Assembly: GCA_040767965.1 (NCBI GenBank)
Contig: JAXGNR010000004.1
Span: 96,001 to 160,000 of the forward strand
Source of the DNA: Atribacterota bacterium
Lineage (GTDB): Bacteria > Atribacterota > Phoenicimicrobiia > Phoenicimicrobiales > Stramentimicrobiaceae
DNA length: 64,000 nucleotides
Direction of reading: 5' to 3'
This document shows positions 29,877-40,685 of this stretch, piece after piece; within the stretch, counting starts at the first letter, position 1; each line of letters begins with the position of its first letter. The notes below the pieces were generated by a model, which saw only the letters and a program-made list of their open reading frames with translations, had not been told where the DNA came from and did no database searches. Position numbers and translations under genes: made by a program.

Positions 29877-31159
29877 GTGGATTATTGTTTATCACATTTT
29901 TAATTACCCTTTTTTCAGGTATGCCCATTGCATTTGCTTTAGGAATAAGTGCTTTTGTGTTTTTTACCCAATGGGGCGGCGTGCCCATGGATGTAATTGC
30001 ACATCGGTTTTTTGATTCCATTAATCAGTTTGTGTTGTTATCTATTCCTTTTTTTATTCTGGCTGGAGAAATAATGAACAAAACCGGCATAACTAAAAAT
30101 TTAGTGGAATTTGCTTATATTTGTGTTGGGAAATTAAGAGGAGGATTAGCCCATGCTAATATTTTAGCCAGCATATTATTTGCTGGATTGACTGGAGCAG
30201 GAGTATCTGACACATCTGCTTTAGGTTCAATTTTAATTCCGGCAATGAAAGAAAAAGGATTTGAAGCTGATTACAGTGCAGCCGTAACTGCTGCTTCTTC
30301 AGTAATTGGGCCTATAATTCCTCCCAGTATAATAATGGTTGTTTTTGGTTCTATTATGGGAATATCCGTAGGATCATTATTTGCTGCCGGATTTGTGCCG
30401 GGAATTCTGATTGGAATCGGGTTAATGATAATGGCTTATATTATAAGCAGCAAAAGGGGACATCCCCGAAGAACAGAGCCTGTTAAACCAAAAGAATTTT
30501 TGATTGCTTTTAAAGATGCTTTTTTGGCCTTACTCATGCCAATCATAATCATCGGTGGTATTTTAGGGGGAGTCTTTACTCCCACTGAAGCTGCTGCTAT
30601 TGCAGTTGCTTATGGTCTTATTATAGGTTTTTTTGTTTATCGGACCTTAAAACTATCTGATTTGCCGGAATGTCTTTTGAAAAGTGCCATAACCACATCT
30701 ATCATACTTTTAATAATTGGTTTTGCCAATGTTTTTGGATGGGCATTGGCAATAGAACGCATTCCTCAACAGCTTGCCAGATTTTTTATTTCCATGGGAT
30801 TAAATAAAATTACATTTCTGCTGGTTGTCAATGGCTTATTACTCTTTATGGGAATGATTATGGAGACTGGAGCTAATGCAATTTTATTAGGACCTGTATT
30901 GATGCCGGTAGCAGTACAATTAGGAATAAATCCGTTGCATTTTGCCATGATAATGCTGGTAAACCTGAATATAGGTTTAGCGACCCCACCCTTGGGAGTA
31001 TGCCTATTTGTTGCAGCTCCAATTGCTGAAATATCTTTAGAAAAATTATCAAAAGCTATTTTCCCTTTTTTAGCAGTAGAGGTTATTGTTTTATTATTCC
31101 TTACATACATTCCAGAGCTGACTTTAATTGTTCCCAGATTGACTGGATTTATAGATTAA
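29873..31159 (+). CDS. dctM: TRAP large permease DctM
   Basis: IPFFILAG, GPIIPPSI, FTPTEAA, TPPLG. Confidence 0.95.
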   Translation: MSGLLFITFLITLFSGMPIAFALGISAFVFFTQWGGVPMDVIAHRFFDSINQFVLLSIPFFILAGEIMNKTGITKNLVEFAYICVGKLRGGLAHANILASILFAGLTGAGVSDTSALGSILIPAMKEKGFEADYSAAVTAASSVIGPIIPPSIIMVVFGSIMGISVGSLFAAGFVPGILIGIGLMIMAYIISSKRGHPRRTEPVKPKEFLIAFKDAFLALLMPIIIIGGILGGVFTPTEAAAIAVAYGLIIGFFVYRTLKLSDLPECLLKSAITTSIILLIIGFANVFGWALAIERIPQQLARFFISMGLNKITFLLVVNGLLLFMGMIMETGANAILLGPVLMPVAVQLGINPLHFAMIMLVNLNIGLATPPLGVCLFVAAPIAEISLEKLSKAIFPFLAVEVIVLLFLTYIPELTLIVPRLTGFID

Positions 31160-31242
31160 AATAATATAATAATATATTGAACTGTTATAATATTTTTATA
31201 GGATTAAACAGCTAGTGTTTTTAATATTAAACGAGGTGAATT

Positions 31243-32532
31243 ATGCTTAATGTAAATGAAGTAAAAATACCTGGCATTGAAAAAATAGAGCTCCCCTTGA
31301 TGATAAAAGTACAACAAATAATTCCCGATGATCATATAACAGATGTATCAATTACACTAAATAATGAAATGAATAGATTTTTAGAGAATAATAATAACAG
31401 TAATCCTTTTTTAAATAAAAAAGTTGCTATTACTGCTGGCAGTAGAGGGATAGACAGGATTGCAGAAGTAATAAAATCCCTTGTTGCTGAGATAAAATTA
31501 TTAGGAGGAAGCCCTTTTATTGTACCGGCAATGGGAAGTCATGGTGGTGGAGAAGCTGAAGCCCAGAAGGAAATACTGGCAAATTATGGTATTACTGAAG
31601 AGAAAATGGACGCAAAAATCGTATCTTCCTTGAAAGTTGAAAAGGTAGGAGAAACAAAAGACGGAATATCTGTTTTTGTTGATAGTGAATCCTTGCAGGC
31701 TGATGCAATTGTTGTTGTAAACAGAGTGAAAGTTCACACTGATTTTGCAGGTGATGTGGAAAGTGGCCTAATGAAGATGATGGCCATAGGATTAGGCAAA
31801 CATGTAGGCGCCTCAACATTACATTATTATGGTTTTGATTTGTTTTCTGAGCTTATTCCAGAAGTAGGATTGAAAATAATTGAAAAAACACCAATTGCAA
31901 TGGGAGTATCTTTAGTTGAAAATGCTTATGATAAATTATGTTTAATAAAAATTAGCAAACCAGTAGATTTTTATCAGGATGAAAAAGAATTGTTAAAAAT
32001 GCAAAAGAAATTAATGCCGGAAATTCCTTTTGAAGAGATAGATATCTTGATAGTTGATGAAATCGGGAAAGAAATCAGCGGTAGTGGAATGGACACGAAT
32101 GTGGTTGGTCGTTCAAAAAATATTGAAAAAAATATAAAAATAATTTTACCACTGGATTTAACTGATAGCTCTCATGGCAATGCTGCCGGAATTGGACTTG
32201 CAGATATCACCACAAAAAAACTATTCAACAAGATTGATTTTAATATAACCTACACTAATATATTAACATCAGGGAAACATCAGGGGGGAAGATTACCTAT
32301 AGTCTTAAAAGATGATGAGTTTGCAATTAAAACAGCCATGCGATTATTAAAGAAAAATAAAAAAGATATAAAACTAGTTAGAATAAAAAATACTTTGCAT
32401 ATTATTGAAATGGAAATATCTGAAAAATTAATAGAAGATATAAAAGATAATAATAAAGTAAGAATATTAGGTGAGTTAAAACAATTAAAAACTGATGATA
32501 AAGGTGATTTACTTTCTTACCCTTATGTTTAA
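31243..32532 (+). CDS. LarA-like (lactate racemase domain) hydroxyacid racemase/epimerase homologue
   Basis: TAGSRGI, PAMGSHGG, NRVKVHTDF, SGLMKMMAIGLGK, GKEISGSGMDTNV, GNAAGIG. Confidence 0.75.
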   Translation: MLNVNEVKIPGIEKIELPLMIKVQQIIPDDHITDVSITLNNEMNRFLENNNNSNPFLNKKVAITAGSRGIDRIAEVIKSLVAEIKLLGGSPFIVPAMGSHGGGEAEAQKEILANYGITEEKMDAKIVSSLKVEKVGETKDGISVFVDSESLQADAIVVVNRVKVHTDFAGDVESGLMKMMAIGLGKHVGASTLHYYGFDLFSELIPEVGLKIIEKTPIAMGVSLVENAYDKLCLIKISKPVDFYQDEKELLKMQKKLMPEIPFEEIDILIVDEIGKEISGSGMDTNVVGRSKNIEKNIKIILPLDLTDSSHGNAAGIGLADITTKKLFNKIDFNITYTNILTSGKHQGGRLPIVLKDDEFAIKTAMRLLKKNKKDIKLVRIKNTLHIIEMEISEKLIEDIKDNNKVRILGELKQLKTDDKGDLLSYPYV

Positions 32533-32610
32533 AGAAAGTACGCATAGAATGAAAAAGTATTTAACAGATAACTTTTTAAATTCTTCAAGACACAATTAGG
32601 AGGTAATTAC

Positions 32611-33384
32611 ATGGTGAATTCTTTAAAGGAAAAACTTTTAAAAGGGGAATGTGTTTTTGGTACGTGGATTGAAACCTCTAGTGTGGATAATGCCGAAATC
32701 CTGGCACAGGTAGGTGTTGATTTTATTATGATTGATGGTGAACACGGGGCAATGAATTTTGAAACAGCAGGTAAAATGATTTCTCAAATTAAATATACAA
32801 AAACTGTTCCGTTACTGAGAGTACCCTGGAATAACATAGATACTCTTAAGCAATATTTAGATACAGGAACTTCAGGAGTGATGATCCCGATGATTAATTC
32901 CAAAGAAGATGCCCTAAAAGCAGTTTCGTACTGCAATTACCCGCCTAAAGGAGTGAGAGGGTTTGGAATTGGCAGAAATACCTTATTTTCAGGGAAAATG
33001 ATGGAATATTTAAACTCTGTCTTAGAGGAGAATAACATAATAGTGATTGTTCAAATTGAACATATAGATGCTGTTAATAATATAGACGAAATACTTTCGG
33101 TTCCAGGTATAGACGTAGCTTTTATAGGCCCCTTTGATCTATCTGCTTCTATGGGTATTTTAGGTCGTATTGAACACCCAAAAGTCTTGGAAGCTATTGA
33201 TAAAGTTCTTTTATCCTGCAAAAAACATAATATAGTTTCAGGAATAATCACTACACCGGAAAAAATGAAACAGCATATTAGTCAGGGATTCAGAATGTTG
33301 TTGGCCGGAAATGATGGGCAATTTTTGTTTGAAGGTGGCCAGCAAATGGTTTCAGAATTCAAAAAAGCTTTACAAAATATTTAA
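32611..33384 (+). CDS. HpcH/HpaI class II pyruvate aldolase (GarL/RhmA-like)
   Basis: IDGEHG, LRVP, YPPKGVRG, QIE, FIGPFDLS. Confidence 0.92.
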   Translation: MVNSLKEKLLKGECVFGTWIETSSVDNAEILAQVGVDFIMIDGEHGAMNFETAGKMISQIKYTKTVPLLRVPWNNIDTLKQYLDTGTSGVMIPMINSKEDALKAVSYCNYPPKGVRGFGIGRNTLFSGKMMEYLNSVLEENNIIVIVQIEHIDAVNNIDEILSVPGIDVAFIGPFDLSASMGILGRIEHPKVLEAIDKVLLSCKKHNIVSGIITTPEKMKQHISQGFRMLLAGNDGQFLFEGGQQMVSEFKKALQNI

Positions 33385-33420
33385 ATATAATATTTTTTCT
33401 GAAAAATATGAAAAAAATAT

Positions 33421-33449
33421 TTGACAAAATATCAATATGTTAGTATTAT
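33421..33449 (+). promoter_or_regulatory. Promoter of the ilv-leu operon
   Basis: TTGACA-17-TATTAT. Confidence 0.8.
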
Positions 33450-33467
33450 TGCAAGAATAAATTATTC

Positions 33468-33710
33468 AGATAAGAAACTAGTAAGTGGATATTTATTTCA
33501 GAGAGCCCATAAGTTGGTGTGAAAGCGGCAATAAATTCTGCTGAATCTCACTTCTTTGTTTGAACGTTTTTGCATATTAAAAATATATTTAATAATTTTT
33601 AATCAAACTAAATAAAATGAGGGCAGTAAAATTACTGCTAAAATAGGGTGGTAACACGATAATTCGTCCCTATATAGTCTTTTGAGACTATAGGGGCGAA
33701 TTTTTTTATT
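33468..33710 (+). ncRNA. T-box riboswitch, probable Leu (CUC) specifier
   Basis: AGTA, CAGAGAG, GGTGTGAAA distal loop, GAAT-CTC-A specifier (33547-33549), T-box AGGGTGGTAACACG pairing with CGTCCCT, then a terminator hairpin with U-tract. Confidence 0.9.
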
Positions 33711-33813
33711 TTAAGCCCTAGCGAGAGCTTCCTGACTTTAAATGAATCAATCGCAAGGGTTTTTCCTGATAGTTAGAAAAAAATAATAAAGATCTAGAAA
33801 AGAGGTGGAATTA

Positions 33814-35505
33814 GTGGAATTAAGTGGAACAGAAATAATAATTGAGTGTTTAAAACAGGAAAAAGTCAAAGTGGTTTTTGGAATACCTGGAGCAGCCATT
33901 ATGCCTCTATATGATGCTTTTGGCAAGACAGATAAATTACCTTTTGCTAATATTTTAACCAGACATGAACAGGGGGCAATTCATGCAGCAGATGGATATG
34001 CCAGAGCAACAGGTGAAGTTGGAGTTTGTATAACAACATCCGGCCCAGGTGCTACCAATTTAATAACAGGTTTAGCAAATGCCCATCTTGATTCAATTCC
34101 GGTTGTTGCTCTTACCGGGCAGGTTCCTACTGATATGGTTGGCAATGATGCATTCCAGGAAGTTGACATTACCGGGATTACTCTTCCTATTACTAAAAAT
34201 AATTATATTGTAAGAAAGACAGAAGACCTGGCTGCAATAATCAAAGAAGCTTTTTATATTGCCCGAAGTGGACGACCAGGACCGGTATTGGTTGATTTGC
34301 CAAAAGATATTTTATTAGGGAAATGTCGTTATAAATATCCTGAAAAAGTACATAGAAAAGGATACAATCCTTCCACAAAAGGTAATTTAAGGCAAATAAA
34401 AATTGCAGCTAAAAAAATAGCAGAATCCAAAAAACCATTAATTATTGCTGGTGGAGGAATCAATAATGCAAATGCTTCTGAAGAGTTTCGCAAAATGGTT
34501 TTAAAGGCAAATATTCCGGTAGTAACCACATTTATGGGAATAGGGTGTTTCCCTCAAAATCATCCTCTTTTTTTAGGTATGCTGGGAATGTATGGTCAAT
34601 ATACAGCCAACAAAGTAACTAGTAATGCGGACTTAATTATAGCTTTAGGGACTCGTTTTGATGATAGAATTACCGGAAATCTAAAAGAATTCTGTCCCCA
34701 AACAGAAATAATTCATATAGATATCGATCCAGCTGAAATAGGTAAAAATGTTGCTGCAAAAATACCAATAGTGGGAGATTTAAAGCAAATTTTGCATCAG
34801 TTAAATAATTATATTGAAGAAATGGACAATTCCAGCTGGCTTAAGGATATATCTGAAATAAAAGGAGAGATCCCGATCTTGGATGGGAAAGAAAATGATA
34901 AAAACGAATTGAAGCCCAAATATATCTTTAACTGCATTAATGATTTTTTCAAAGGAGAAGCCATAATAGTTACAGATGTAGGACAGCATCAAATGTGGAC
35001 TGCTAATTATTGTCAATTTGTTCATCCCCGCACCCTTATTTCTTCAGGAGGTTTGGGTACAATGGGATTTGGTTTACCTGCAGCAATTGGAGCAAAAATA
35101 GGCTGTCCAGACAGGGCTGTACTCTGTATATCTGGAGATGGTAGTTTTCAAATGAACATTCAGGAACTGGCAACTGCAATCTACAACCAATTGCCTATAA
35201 TAGTAATTTTAATCAACAATGGTTGTCTTGGGATGGTCAGGCAGCTGCAAGAATTATTTTGCGAACAGAGATATGTTTCTACCTGTCTGGCAGGTAGTCC
35301 TGACTTTATAAAAATCGTTGAAGGGTATGGAGGAGTTGGTTTCAAAGTAAAAAGTAATGATGAATTTGCCTCTACATTAGAAAAAGCAAATAATATGAAC
35401 CAATTCGTATTAATTGATTGCCAGATTTCAGAACAGGAAAAAAATTTCCCAATGGTAAAACCAGGAGCATCAATAAGTCAAATGATAGGAGTTGACCAAT
35501 CATGA
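33814..35505 (+). CDS. ilvB: Acetolactate synthase large subunit
   Basis: RHEQGA, TSGPGATN, FQEVD, DVGQHQMW, GDGSFQMN. Confidence 0.95.
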   Translation: MELSGTEIIIECLKQEKVKVVFGIPGAAIMPLYDAFGKTDKLPFANILTRHEQGAIHAADGYARATGEVGVCITTSGPGATNLITGLANAHLDSIPVVALTGQVPTDMVGNDAFQEVDITGITLPITKNNYIVRKTEDLAAIIKEAFYIARSGRPGPVLVDLPKDILLGKCRYKYPEKVHRKGYNPSTKGNLRQIKIAAKKIAESKKPLIIAGGGINNANASEEFRKMVLKANIPVVTTFMGIGCFPQNHPLFLGMLGMYGQYTANKVTSNADLIIALGTRFDDRITGNLKEFCPQTEIIHIDIDPAEIGKNVAAKIPIVGDLKQILHQLNNYIEEMDNSSWLKDISEIKGEIPILDGKENDKNELKPKYIFNCINDFFKGEAIIVTDVGQHQMWTANYCQFVHPRTLISSGGLGTMGFGLPAAIGAKIGCPDRAVLCISGDGSFQMNIQELATAIYNQLPIIVILINNGCLGMVRQLQELFCEQRYVSTCLAGSPDFIKIVEGYGGVGFKVKSNDEFASTLEKANNMNQFVLIDCQISEQEKNFPMVKPGASISQMIGVDQS

Positions 35506-35996
35506 AACATACTATAGCTATTTTAGTGGAAAATCAACCTGGCGTTATGTCTAGAGTTGCAGGACTATTCACGAGAAGAGGTTTTAATATTGAAAGCATA
35601 GCTGTCGGTCACTCTGAAACTCCAGGGATTTCCCGTATGACAATTATTACTCATGGAGATGAGAAAATCCTGGAACAGATAACCAAACAGTTAAATAAAT
35701 TAATTGATGTAATTCGGGTCCGTGATATTTCTCCTCAAAATATAATTGAAAGAGAATTGGTTTTAGTAAAGGTCCATACAGACTCTTTGGCTGTTCGTTC
35801 TGAAATACTTCAGCTTATTGAAATATTCAAAGCAAAAGTTGTTTATGTGGAAAGAAACACTTTAACTATTGAAATGGCTGGTGATGATGAAAAGGTAGCC
35901 GGTCTTTTATCACTTCTCGAACCGTTTGGAATAATAGAAATTGTTCGCACTGGCAGAATAGCTATTGCAAGAAGTAAAAATAATGGAAAAAATTAA
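35502..35996 (+). CDS. ilvN: Acetolactate synthase small subunit
   Basis: ENQPGVMSRVAGLFTRRGFNIES ACT domain. Confidence 0.95.
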   Translation: MKHTIAILVENQPGVMSRVAGLFTRRGFNIESIAVGHSETPGISRMTIITHGDEKILEQITKQLNKLIDVIRVRDISPQNIIERELVLVKVHTDSLAVRSEILQLIEIFKAKVVYVERNTLTIEMAGDDEKVAGLLSLLEPFGIIEIVRTGRIAIARSKNNGKN

Positions 35997-36067
35997 AAAT
36001 GTAAAAATGTTTTCCAGAAATTAAATTAGCTTATTAACAGCAGGAACTGATAGAAAGGAGATAGGCT

Positions 36068-37594
36068 ATGAAAGAAAAAATATTCATTTTCGATACAACG
36101 CTAAGAGACGGAGAGCAATGCCCTGGAGCATCTCTGAATACCGGTGAAAAACTGGAAATTGCAAGATATTTAGAAAAAATGAAAGTTGATGTGATTGAAG
36201 CTGGATTTCCTATTTCTTCTCCTGGAGATTTTGAAGGTGTAGAAGTAATTGCAAAAAATATAAAAAACTCTACTATAGCAGGCTTGTGCAGAGCAGTTGA
36301 AAAAGATATTAGATGTGCCTGGGATGCAATAAAATCAGCTAATAAAACCCGCATTCATACTTTTATTGCCACTTCCCCTATTCATATGAAGCTTAAACTG
36401 GAAAAAACCCCCCAGGAAGTATTGCAACAGGCTGTTTATTCAGTAAAATTAGCAAAAGATCTCTGTGGTGAAGTAGAGTTTTCTGCAGAAGATGCCAGTA
36501 GAAGTGAACCGGAATTCTTATACACTATTTTTGAGGAAGTCATCAAAGCAGGAGCTACTATAATCAATATTCCTGACACAGTAGGATATTCTCAACCGGC
36601 AGAATTTGCCCGACTAATTAAAGGAATAAAAGAAAATGTCCCTAATATTGACCAGGCTATCCTTAGTGTACACTGTCATAATGATTTGGGGTTAGCGGTT
36701 GCTAATTCCTTGGAGTCTTTGAATTATGGAGTGAGGCAGATTGAATGCACAGTCAATGGGATAGGAGAACGGGCAGGTAATGCCTCTTTAGAGGAAATTG
36801 TAATGGCCTTGCATACCAGAGAAGACTATTATAATAAATATACTGAAATTGATACCCGTTATATTTATCCAACCAGTAAAATAGTGAGTCGCCTGACAGG
36901 ATTTGTTATTCAGCCAAATAAAGCCATTGTTGGCAAAAACGCTTTTGCCCATGAAGCAGGAATTCATCAGGCCGGAATATTAAAAGATGCCTCTACCTAT
37001 GAAATAATGAAACCACAGACAATTGGATTAGAAAGCAATCAGCTAATTCTTGGAAAACATTCCGGCCGCAATGCTTTCAGGAGTAGATTGGCAGAATTAG
37101 GATATGATTTAGATCAGGAAAAAATTAATAAATCTTTTGAGCAATTCAAGCAATTAGCAGATAAGAAAAAAGAAATTTATGCGGAAGACCTGGTTGCTTT
37201 AATGTCAGAGGTGCTAATAGAAGATATTGCTGATATTTATGAATTAAAATATTTCCATGTAAGTACTGGCAATAGCATTTTACCAACTGCCACAGTAAAA
37301 CTACTGCGTGATGGTAAAATATATGAGGACGCTGCCTGTGGAGATGGACCTGTTGACGCTATATTTAACACCATTGACCGGATTACTGGAGCAAAAGTAA
37401 AATTATCTGATTACAATATCAGAGCCTTGACCAGAGGGAAGGATGCACAGGGAGAGGCGATGGTTGAAATAAAAGATAACGGGTGTTCTTATATAGGCAA
37501 AGGAGTAAGCACTGACACCCTTGAGGCCAGCACAAAAGCATATTTAAAGGCAATAAATAAGATGTTGTCAACTCAACTTATGTGTAATAAATAA
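36068..37594 (+). CDS. leuA: 2-isopropylmalate synthase
   Basis: DTTLRDGEQ, HCHNDLG, GERAGN, GKHSGR, GPVDA. Confidence 0.96.
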   Translation: MKEKIFIFDTTLRDGEQCPGASLNTGEKLEIARYLEKMKVDVIEAGFPISSPGDFEGVEVIAKNIKNSTIAGLCRAVEKDIRCAWDAIKSANKTRIHTFIATSPIHMKLKLEKTPQEVLQQAVYSVKLAKDLCGEVEFSAEDASRSEPEFLYTIFEEVIKAGATIINIPDTVGYSQPAEFARLIKGIKENVPNIDQAILSVHCHNDLGLAVANSLESLNYGVRQIECTVNGIGERAGNASLEEIVMALHTREDYYNKYTEIDTRYIYPTSKIVSRLTGFVIQPNKAIVGKNAFAHEAGIHQAGILKDASTYEIMKPQTIGLESNQLILGKHSGRNAFRSRLAELGYDLDQEKINKSFEQFKQLADKKKEIYAEDLVALMSEVLIEDIADIYELKYFHVSTGNSILPTATVKLLRDGKIYEDAACGDGPVDAIFNTIDRITGAKVKLSDYNIRALTRGKDAQGEAMVEIKDNGCSYIGKGVSTDTLEASTKAYLKAINKMLSTQLMCNK

Positions 37595-37659
37595 ATCATT
37601 GATTTAATATTGATTAATTAATTTTATAATTTCCCTATAGGTAAGAAAGGAGAAAAAAA

Positions 37660-38922
37660 ATGGGTAAAAATATCACTGAGAAGATTTTACAGGCCCATTG
37701 TGATACTGAGGATATTAAAATAGGTAGTTTGATTAAAGCTAAGGTTGATTTTGCTTTTGCAAATGATATTACAGGTCCTCTGGCTATAGATGTGTTTAAG
37801 AAGATAGGGGTAAAAAATGTATTTGACCGGAACAAAATTACTTTTTTCCCTGATCATTTTACCCCTAATAAAGACATTAAATCTGCTGAACAGGCAAAAA
37901 TCATAAAAGAATTTTCACAAGAGCAAAATTTAAAATATTACTTTGAAATAGGCCAGTGCGGTATTGAACATGCACTTTTACCGGAAAAAGGATTAGTGTT
38001 ACCCGGGCAGTTAATAGTTGGAGCAGATTCTCACACTCCAACTTCAGGGGCTCTGGGAGCTTTAGCAATAGGAGTGGGGAGCACTGATCTGGGTGCTGTT
38101 TTAGCGGTTGGAGAAATATGGTTAAAAGTGCCAGAGACAATTAAGTTTATCTATAAGGGAAAATTAAATAAATGGGTTGGAGGAAAAGACCTTATACTTT
38201 ACACTATTTCTAAAATTGGAGTTGATGGTGCAAATTATAAAGTTATGGAATTTAGCGGAGAAGTTATAGACAACCTTTCAATGGACAATAGATTTACCAT
38301 GTGCAATATGGCTATAGAAGCCGGTGGGAAAAGTGGAATAATAGAGGCTGACGATATTACCTTGTCTTATTTGCAAGAAAGGACAGAGCAACAGACAAAG
38401 ATAATCAAGAGCGATCCTGATGCGGAATATGAAAAGATAATCGAATATGATGTTGCCAATATTGAACCACAGGTAGCCTTCCCCCATTTGCCTGACAAAG
38501 GGATGGCTATCAGCCAGGTGGGAGAAGTCAGAATAGATCAGGCTGTTATTGGTTCATGTACTAATGGTAGAATTGAAGATTTAAGAGTTGCTGCAGAGAT
38601 ATTAAAAAATAATAAAGTAAATTCAAAAGTAAGATTAATAATTATACCGGCAACTCAACAGGTCTATTTACAAGCACTTGAAGAAGGGTTGTTAAAAATA
38701 TTTATTGAAGCAGGTGCAGTAATTAGCCCACCTACCTGTGGCCCCTGTCTTGGTGGCTATATGGGAATATTAGCTAAAGGAGAAAAAGCAGTTTCGACTA
38801 CTAACCGGAATTTTGTCGGTCGGATGGGTCATCCCGAAAGCGAAGTATATCTATCCAGTCCGGCCATAGCTGCAGCATCTGCTATAACAGGGAAAATATC
38901 AAGTCCTGAGGAGGTATTTTAA
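37660..38922 (+). CDS. leuC: 3-isopropylmalate dehydratase large subunit (short type 2)
   Basis: [27 protein letters not shown]. Confidence 0.95.
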   Translation: MGKNITEKILQAHCDTEDIKIGSLIKAKVDFAFANDITGPLAIDVFKKIGVKNVFDRNKITFFPDHFTPNKDIKSAEQAKIIKEFSQEQNLKYYFEIGQCGIEHALLPEKGLVLPGQLIVGADSHTPTSGALGALAIGVGSTDLGAVLAVGEIWLKVPETIKFIYKGKLNKWVGGKDLILYTISKIGVDGANYKVMEFSGEVIDNLSMDNRFTMCNMAIEAGGKSGIIEADDITLSYLQERTEQQTKIIKSDPDAEYEKIIEYDVANIEPQVAFPHLPDKGMAISQVGEVRIDQAVIGSCTNGRIEDLRVAAEILKNNKVNSKVRLIIIPATQQVYLQALEEGLLKIFIEAGAVISPPTCGPCLGGYMGILAKGEKAVSTTNRNFVGRMGHPESEVYLSSPAIAAASAITGKISSPEEVF

Positions 38923-38924
38923 TA

Positions 38925-39419
38925 ATGATAATCAAAGGGAGAATTTGGAAGTTTGGAGATCATATAGATACAGATGTAATAATTCCTGCCAGATATTTAA
39001 ATACATCTGACCCCAAAGAATTAGCCTCTCATCTTATGGAGGATTATGAAGAAGGGTTTAATAAAAAAATAAAACAAGGTGATATTTTTGTTGCCGGAGA
39101 AAATTTTGGCTGCGGCAGTTCTCGGGAACATGCACCTATAGCTATAAAAGCTGCTGGAATATCTTGTGTAATAGCAAAATCATTTGCCAGGATTTTTTAT
39201 AGAAATTCCATTAATATTGGATTGCCTATCTTTGAGTCAACAGAAGTGTTTAATAAATCAGCAGAAGGGGATATTTTAGAAATATATCCAGAAACAGGAA
39301 ATATAAAAAATTTAAGTAATGCAATGGAATTTAAAATTAATCCCATGCCTGCTTTTATCCAGAATATTATTTCTTCTGGTGGACTGGTAGAATATACTAA
39401 AAAAGAAGTAGAGAAGTAG
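38925..39419 (+). CDS. leuD: 3-isopropylmalate dehydratase small subunit (type 2)
   Basis: [18 protein letters not shown]. Confidence 0.95.
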   Translation: MIIKGRIWKFGDHIDTDVIIPARYLNTSDPKELASHLMEDYEEGFNKKIKQGDIFVAGENFGCGSSREHAPIAIKAAGISCVIAKSFARIFYRNSINIGLPIFESTEVFNKSAEGDILEIYPETGNIKNLSNAMEFKINPMPAFIQNIISSGGLVEYTKKEVEK

Positions 39420-39432
39420 AAAGGAGATAATA

Positions 39433-40554
39433 ATGTATAATATTGCCCTTATTCCCGGAGACGGTATTGGACCTGAAATAATTGATGAAGGGAAAAAAGT
39501 TTTACAAGCAGCATCTGCCAAATATGGGGTTGTTTTAAAATGGAATGAGTATCCTTTCAGCGCCGAAAACTATCTAAAAACAGGTGAGTTATTACCTGAC
39601 AGTGCATTACAGGAAATGGAAGATATGGATGCAATCTATCTGGGAGCAGTTGGTGATCCCAGGGTAAAACCAGGTATCCTGGAAAAAGAAATATTATTGA
39701 AAATCAGATTCTATTTTGACCAATATATCAATCTCAGACCAATAAAGCTATTCAAAGGAGTGGAAACACCTTTAAAGGATAAAAACCCGGAAGATATTAA
39801 TTTCTATGTAGTAAGGGAGAATACTGAAGATTTTTATGTAGGAATTGGCAGCAGATTTAAAGGGAAAGGAAGTCAGGATCATTTACAGCTAAGCAGGAAA
39901 TTATTTCAGGCAAATATTGATGTAGATTTTAAATTGGATAGAGAAGAAGAGATAGCTTATCAAATAGGCCTGATAAGTAAACCAGGAGCCCAAAGGGTAA
40001 TTAAATATGCTTTTGATTTAGCCCAAGAAAAGAATTTAAGTAGAGTAAGTTCAGTGGATAAAGTTAATGTTTTGGGGAATATTTATGGTTTATGGAGAGA
40101 TACTTTTACTGAAATTGCCCAAAATTACCCGGGAATAGAAACAGAATTCACTTTTATTGATGCTATTACAATGTGGTTTGTGAAGAAGCCGGAATGGTTC
40201 AGAGTGGTTGTTGCTCCCAACATGTTTGGAGATATTATCACAGATTTAGGTGCTATGATACAGGGCGGATTAGGGGTTGCTGCAGGAGGAAATATCAATC
40301 CTGATGGTGTTTCCATGTTTGAACCAATCCATGGTTCTGCCCCAAAATATAAAGGTAAATCAATTGCCAACCCAATAGCTACTATTCTGGCAGGAGCAAT
40401 GATGATGGACTATTTAGGTGAAAGCAAAATTGCCGATGAGATAGAAAAAGCAGTTGAAGAGGTGCTGGTGGAAAAGAAAGTTCTTTCTCGAGAATTGGGT
40501 GGTAATTCATCAACTGTAGAGGTTGGAAATGCTATTGTAAATAAGATCAAGTGA
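39433..40554 (+). CDS. leuB: 3-isopropylmalate dehydrogenase
   Basis: [30 protein letters not shown]; last gene of the leu operon. Confidence 0.88.
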   Translation: MYNIALIPGDGIGPEIIDEGKKVLQAASAKYGVVLKWNEYPFSAENYLKTGELLPDSALQEMEDMDAIYLGAVGDPRVKPGILEKEILLKIRFYFDQYINLRPIKLFKGVETPLKDKNPEDINFYVVRENTEDFYVGIGSRFKGKGSQDHLQLSRKLFQANIDVDFKLDREEEIAYQIGLISKPGAQRVIKYAFDLAQEKNLSRVSSVDKVNVLGNIYGLWRDTFTEIAQNYPGIETEFTFIDAITMWFVKKPEWFRVVVAPNMFGDIITDLGAMIQGGLGVAAGGNINPDGVSMFEPIHGSAPKYKGKSIANPIATILAGAMMMDYLGESKIADEIEKAVEEVLVEKKVLSRELGGNSSTVEVGNAIVNKIK

Positions 40555-40609
40555 TAATAATTGGTATTTATTAAATATTTGTAATATTATTATAAAATCA
40601 CTGATATAA

Positions 40610-40645
40610 AAAGCCTGTCAGCTGCCTGAAGGAGTGACAGGCTTC
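40610..40645 (+). terminator. Hairpin after leuB
   Basis: AAGCCTGTCA...TGACAGGCTT. Confidence 0.6.
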
Positions 40646-40685
40646 TGATTTCAAGGAAGCATCTTAAAACAAGCAGGGTATTGAA

